This document shows, piece after piece, positions 60,942 through 64,000 of a stretch of 64,000 nt of DNA (position 1 is its first letter; every line of letters starts with the position of its first letter). Both the position numbers and the translations under genes were made by a program. The notes beneath the pieces were generated by a model, which did not search any database, had not been told where the DNA came from, and worked only from the letters and a program-made list of their open reading frames with translations. Source of the DNA: Nitrospinales bacterium (lineage in GTDB: Bacteria; Nitrospinota; Nitrospinia; Nitrospinales; VA-1); the NCBI GenBank assembly GCA_965223345.1, contig CBDCWG010000012.1, positions 2,944,001-3,008,000 of the forward strand. Direction: 5' to 3'.

Positions 60942-61370
60942 ATGGGATTGTTCGATTTTGTCAAAAACATCGGCCGCAAAATCTTCAATAAGGACGACGA
61001 AGCGGCGGAAAAAATAAAAGAACATATCGAAGAAGAAAATCCGGGGGTCAAGGACCTCGAGGTGCAATATGAAGACGGCTCGGTGAAGCTGACCGGAAAG
61101 AGCGACTCCGCCGAGGCGGCGGAGAAGGCGATTCTGATGGCGGGCAACATCAAAGGCGTGGAAAACATCGTCAACAAAATCGACGCGCCGGAGCAATCGG
61201 AAAAAGTGCTTTTTTACGTGATCGAGAAGGGAGACACGCTTTCCAAACTGGCGAAAAAATACTACGGCGACGCCATGAGCTACCCCAAAATCTTCAAGGC
61301 GAATACCGAAGTGATCAAAGATCCGGACAAGATTTTTGTGGGGCAGAAGATCCGCATCCCCATGAACTGA
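60942..61370 (+). CDS. kbp: BON + LysM protein (Kbp/YgaU family)
   Basis: MGLFDFVK..G.KIF, GNIKGVE.., YVIEKGDTLSK.AK.YYG, DPDKIFVGQ.IRIP. Confidence 0.88.
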   Translation: MGLFDFVKNIGRKIFNKDDEAAEKIKEHIEEENPGVKDLEVQYEDGSVKLTGKSDSAEAAEKAILMAGNIKGVENIVNKIDAPEQSEKVLFYVIEKGDTLSKLAKKYYGDAMSYPKIFKANTEVIKDPDKIFVGQKIRIPMN

Positions 61371-61389
61371 ACCGCTTCCCACTCGATAC

Positions 61390-61415
61390 GGGGCTCCGCC
61401 CGGAGCCCCTTTTTT
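61390..61415 (+). terminator. Intrinsic terminator
   Basis: GGGGCTCC-GCCC-GGAGCCCC followed by T6. Confidence 0.75.
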
Positions 61416-61419
61416 CCCC

Positions 61420-61968
61420 ATGCCCACCGTTTTCACACACGTCGTCGCCGCCGGAGCCGCCACGCAACTGTTTGCCCCCCGGGAACTCCGCAACCGGGTT
61501 CTGTTTTTCTCGGTTCTCGCATCGATCCTGCCCGACATCGATGTTCTGGGATTTTATTTCGGTATCCGCTACGAGGACACGCTGGGGCACCGGGGGTTTT
61601 TCCACTCGTTTGCGTTCGCGCTGCTGCTCGCCGTGTTCATCGTCAGCACCTTTTTCAGGCGTTTTTCGGTTTTTTCCCGGACCTGGATACTGTGGGTGCT
61701 GTATTTTTTCTGCGTCACCGCGTCGCACGGGATTCTTGATGGTTTTACGAACGGCGGTCTGGGAATCGCGTATTTTTCTCCGTTCGACGACACCCGGTAT
61801 TTTCTGCCCTGGCGGCCGATCCTGGTTTCCCCGATCGGGGTGACGGGTTTCCTGACGGCATACGGGGCCAAGGTGCTGCTCGCGGAGATCCTCGTGGTGT
61901 GGGTTCCCATCGGCATCGTGCTTTTTTGCGTCCGGCAAGCCCGCAAGGCCCCGAATCCGAAACGCTGA
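61420..61968 (+). CDS. YdjM-family membrane metal-dependent hydrolase
   Basis: TH, LPDIDV, HRGFFHS, SHGILD. Confidence 0.9.
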   Translation: MPTVFTHVVAAGAATQLFAPRELRNRVLFFSVLASILPDIDVLGFYFGIRYEDTLGHRGFFHSFAFALLLAVFIVSTFFRRFSVFSRTWILWVLYFFCVTASHGILDGFTNGGLGIAYFSPFDDTRYFLPWRPILVSPIGVTGFLTAYGAKVLLAEILVVWVPIGIVLFCVRQARKAPNPKR

Positions 61969-62086
61969 CCCCCGCCCCCTCCCCCGCCACCTTGCACCGG
62001 GCGCTTCGATTTCAAGGTTTTGATATATCGCGGGTTAGCGGAAATCTCCCCCGGAAAGTCCTGAAATCCATTATAATCAACGAGTT

Positions 62087-63061
62087 ATGCAAATTTTCTC
62101 GCAGCACAGCGCACCCAAAACCTACGCCGGGGAGCGGATTTTCCGCTATTCTGCGTTCAACAGTTTCATAGCGACGTTCGTCGCGTTTTCCCTGTTCTTC
62201 GGCTGCCTGTTTCTGGCGCTGGAGGGCGGCTACCGCGACGCCACCTGGAACCTGCCCAGCGCGATGCTCTACTTGATGGCGTTCATCTTCTTTGTGTTCT
62301 CGTTGCTCGCATTGATGAACTACCGCGCCCGCTCCCGCCCCGCAAACTGGCTGGTGAAAGCCTACCCGGACCGCATGCTGGTGAAGTTCCGCTCCTATCT
62401 GAACGACCACTACCCGGAATCGGACCCCGCGATCGTGGAGCTCGCCTATACCGAGATCGAATGGGTGCGCAAAACGCGGGAGAAACTCACGACACCGGGT
62501 TGCGGCGCGGATGAAGGCGACCGGGTGCAGTTTTTCACGTTCCTCGACTTCAAGATCAAGAACGCGGATTTGAGCGAGCTGGAGGAGGCCATCCGCATCG
62601 AGCGCAACCGGCAGCCGCACATGTCGGAAGCGGGCAAGTGGAAACGCGAGCTGTTCCGGGCGCGCAAGCGCAAAGCGCCGGATCACGAGATCGCGCAGAT
62701 CAAGGCCAACATCAAGCGGGAAAAGGAACGGCAGCCGAAACGCCGGCGCGGCGACGGCATCAAGCACCACGATTATCCGGTGCGGGTTGTGGATCCCGGC
62801 ATCGTGCGCGTGCAGTGGAACGGCATCCGCCCGAAAGTCCCTGCGGCGCTGGATTTTTTAAGCCGGCACTTTCCCGTCGAGCCGGAGTTGTCGCTGAACA
62901 CCGACACCACCCAATCCAACGGCGACGCCACGGCCGAGAATCACATCCTGGATCTGGCCAGCCGCGGCGACATCGTCGAAGCCACCCGGCTGGTGCGGCA
63001 GACCTACGGCTACACCCTGACCCGCTCGCGCGAGTACGTGGACGAACTGCTGAAAAATTGA
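62087..63061 (+). CDS. Membrane protein with C-terminal L7/L12-CTD-like motif
   Basis: Two N-terminal TM helices; ends GDIVEATRLVRQTYGYTLTRSREYVDEL. Confidence 0.65.
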   Translation: MQIFSQHSAPKTYAGERIFRYSAFNSFIATFVAFSLFFGCLFLALEGGYRDATWNLPSAMLYLMAFIFFVFSLLALMNYRARSRPANWLVKAYPDRMLVKFRSYLNDHYPESDPAIVELAYTEIEWVRKTREKLTTPGCGADEGDRVQFFTFLDFKIKNADLSELEEAIRIERNRQPHMSEAGKWKRELFRARKRKAPDHEIAQIKANIKREKERQPKRRRGDGIKHHDYPVRVVDPGIVRVQWNGIRPKVPAALDFLSRHFPVEPELSLNTDTTQSNGDATAENHILDLASRGDIVEATRLVRQTYGYTLTRSREYVDELLKN

Positions 63062-63075
63062 CCGGATTTCGATGC

Positions 63076-63111
63076 AAAAAATCCCGGCCCCGAGAGGCCG
63101 GGATTTTTTTT
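63076..63111. terminator. Bidirectional terminator
   Basis: AAAAAATCCCGGCC-CCGAGA-GGCCGGGATTTTTTTT. Confidence 0.85.
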
Positions 63112-63130
63112 GCCTTTCAATCACGGTGCA

Positions 63131-63565
63131 TCAGCAGGCACAGCCCACCTTCTCCTGAGGATCGCAGGCTTTCTCCTCCGCATCCTCGTGCACCACGAAG
63201 GTTTCCCAGGCGTTGCCGTCCGGATCGCGCACCCAGACCTTGTCCTGCCGCGCGTAACAGCAGACGGTGTTCTCCTCCATCTCGGGTTCGAGCCCCTGCC
63301 GCCGCAGCCGGTCGGCCTGTGCCTGCACCGCTTCGGTGGAATCCACCTGCACGCCGAAATGGCTGACGCGGTTGCCGTCCACGCGGTCGGCCTCGGTGAT
63401 CGCCAGGTTGAGGGGCGGGTTTGCCACCTCGAACTTGGCGTAGCCGGGCTTGACCTTGACGGGCTGGACGTCGAAAAACGTCCGGTAAAACTGCACCGAC
63501 TGTTGAAACCTGCGGGTGTTGAGCCCCATGTGGATACGGGTTGTGGCCTGGATCGTCTGTTTCAT
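63131..63565 (-). CDS. ArsI/CadI-family VOC metalloenzyme
   Basis: GYAKF...PPLNL, SHFGVQV, TVCCYARQDKVWVRDPDGNAWE; AAGGAGG RBS. Confidence 0.88.
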   Translation of the reverse strand: MKQTIQATTRIHMGLNTRRFQQSVQFYRTFFDVQPVKVKPGYAKFEVANPPLNLAITEADRVDGNRVSHFGVQVDSTEAVQAQADRLRRQGLEPEMEENTVCCYARQDKVWVRDPDGNAWETFVVHEDAEEKACDPQEKVGCAC

Positions 63566-63661
63566 AACTGCCTCCTTCGTGTTAGGGATGAATGAAAAAT
63601 TAAAAACTTCACCCCAGTAGACGAAGGCCACAAGAAAAAGACGCAAAACGGTGGAGAAATT

Positions 63662-64000
63662 TCAGCAGCAGTCGCGCTTGCTCTGGTAGGAAACGATGCG
63701 GCCGCGGGCGTCGATTTCGTAGGCGCAGCATTTAAAGAACAGATCCTTGAGCATGGCCCGGCCGCGCTGCACGCGCGATTTCAGAGCGGAATAAGAAATT
63801 CCGTATTTCTCCGCCAGACGGTTCTGCGCTTCGCCGTTGAGATCGACGGCGGTCACGGCGTCGCGATATTTGTCCGGCAGTTCCTGCAAAAACGGTTCGA
63901 GACAGCGGGTCAGTTCGAGGCGGGCCGTGTTTTCTGAATCGGAGTGGTTTTCGTTTTCAGCGGCGTCCTGCCGCGAACGCGATGCAGCGGATTTGCGGTG
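63662..64000 (-). CDS. sigZ: SigZ-like ECF sigma factor (partial, 5' part beyond the window)
   Basis: CLEPFLQELPDKYRDAV...G..Q..LA...GISYS..KSRVQRGR..LK....CC. Confidence 0.85.
   Translation of the reverse strand, partial: HRKSAASRSRQDAAENENHSDSENTARLELTRCLEPFLQELPDKYRDAVTAVDLNGEAQNRLAEKYGISYSALKSRVQRGRAMLKDLFFKCCAYEIDARGRIVSYQSKRDCC

Overview
GC-rich bacterial chromosomal window. The gene repertoire suggests Nitrospinota (Nitrospina-like), but this is inference only. The first 13 kb is mostly housekeeping (ggt, polA, kdsD/kpsF, alaS, tRNA-Arg(CCG)) plus an orphan NHLP-leader-like protein. Accessory modules follow the tRNA: a pilV-pilW-pilX minor-pilin cluster behind an AT-rich control region; a cupredoxin-like lipoprotein, cydAB, a DUF2269-like gene and sqr; an RND pump; a putative metal-uptake operon headed by a CutF/CruR-like proline-tailed ORF; and a MASE3/heme-PAS kinase with its response regulator. 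The most striking locus is a curli (type VIII secretion) amyloid cluster with three different curlins (about 10, 8 and 24 repeats), csgE, csgF, csgG, a minimal LuxR regulator and a second CsgG-family gene nearby. Near-consensus CRP-type boxes (TGTGA-N6-TCACA) lie upstream of both the pilin and curli clusters, suggesting a shared surface-attachment regulon. The right end holds two Sel1 proteins, slyD, fhs with an atypical formyltransferase, several small stress genes, an ArsI/CadI-like gene and a partial SigZ-like sigma factor. No CRISPR array, rRNA, integrase or transposase was seen. All calls come from reading motifs by eye; no searches were run.
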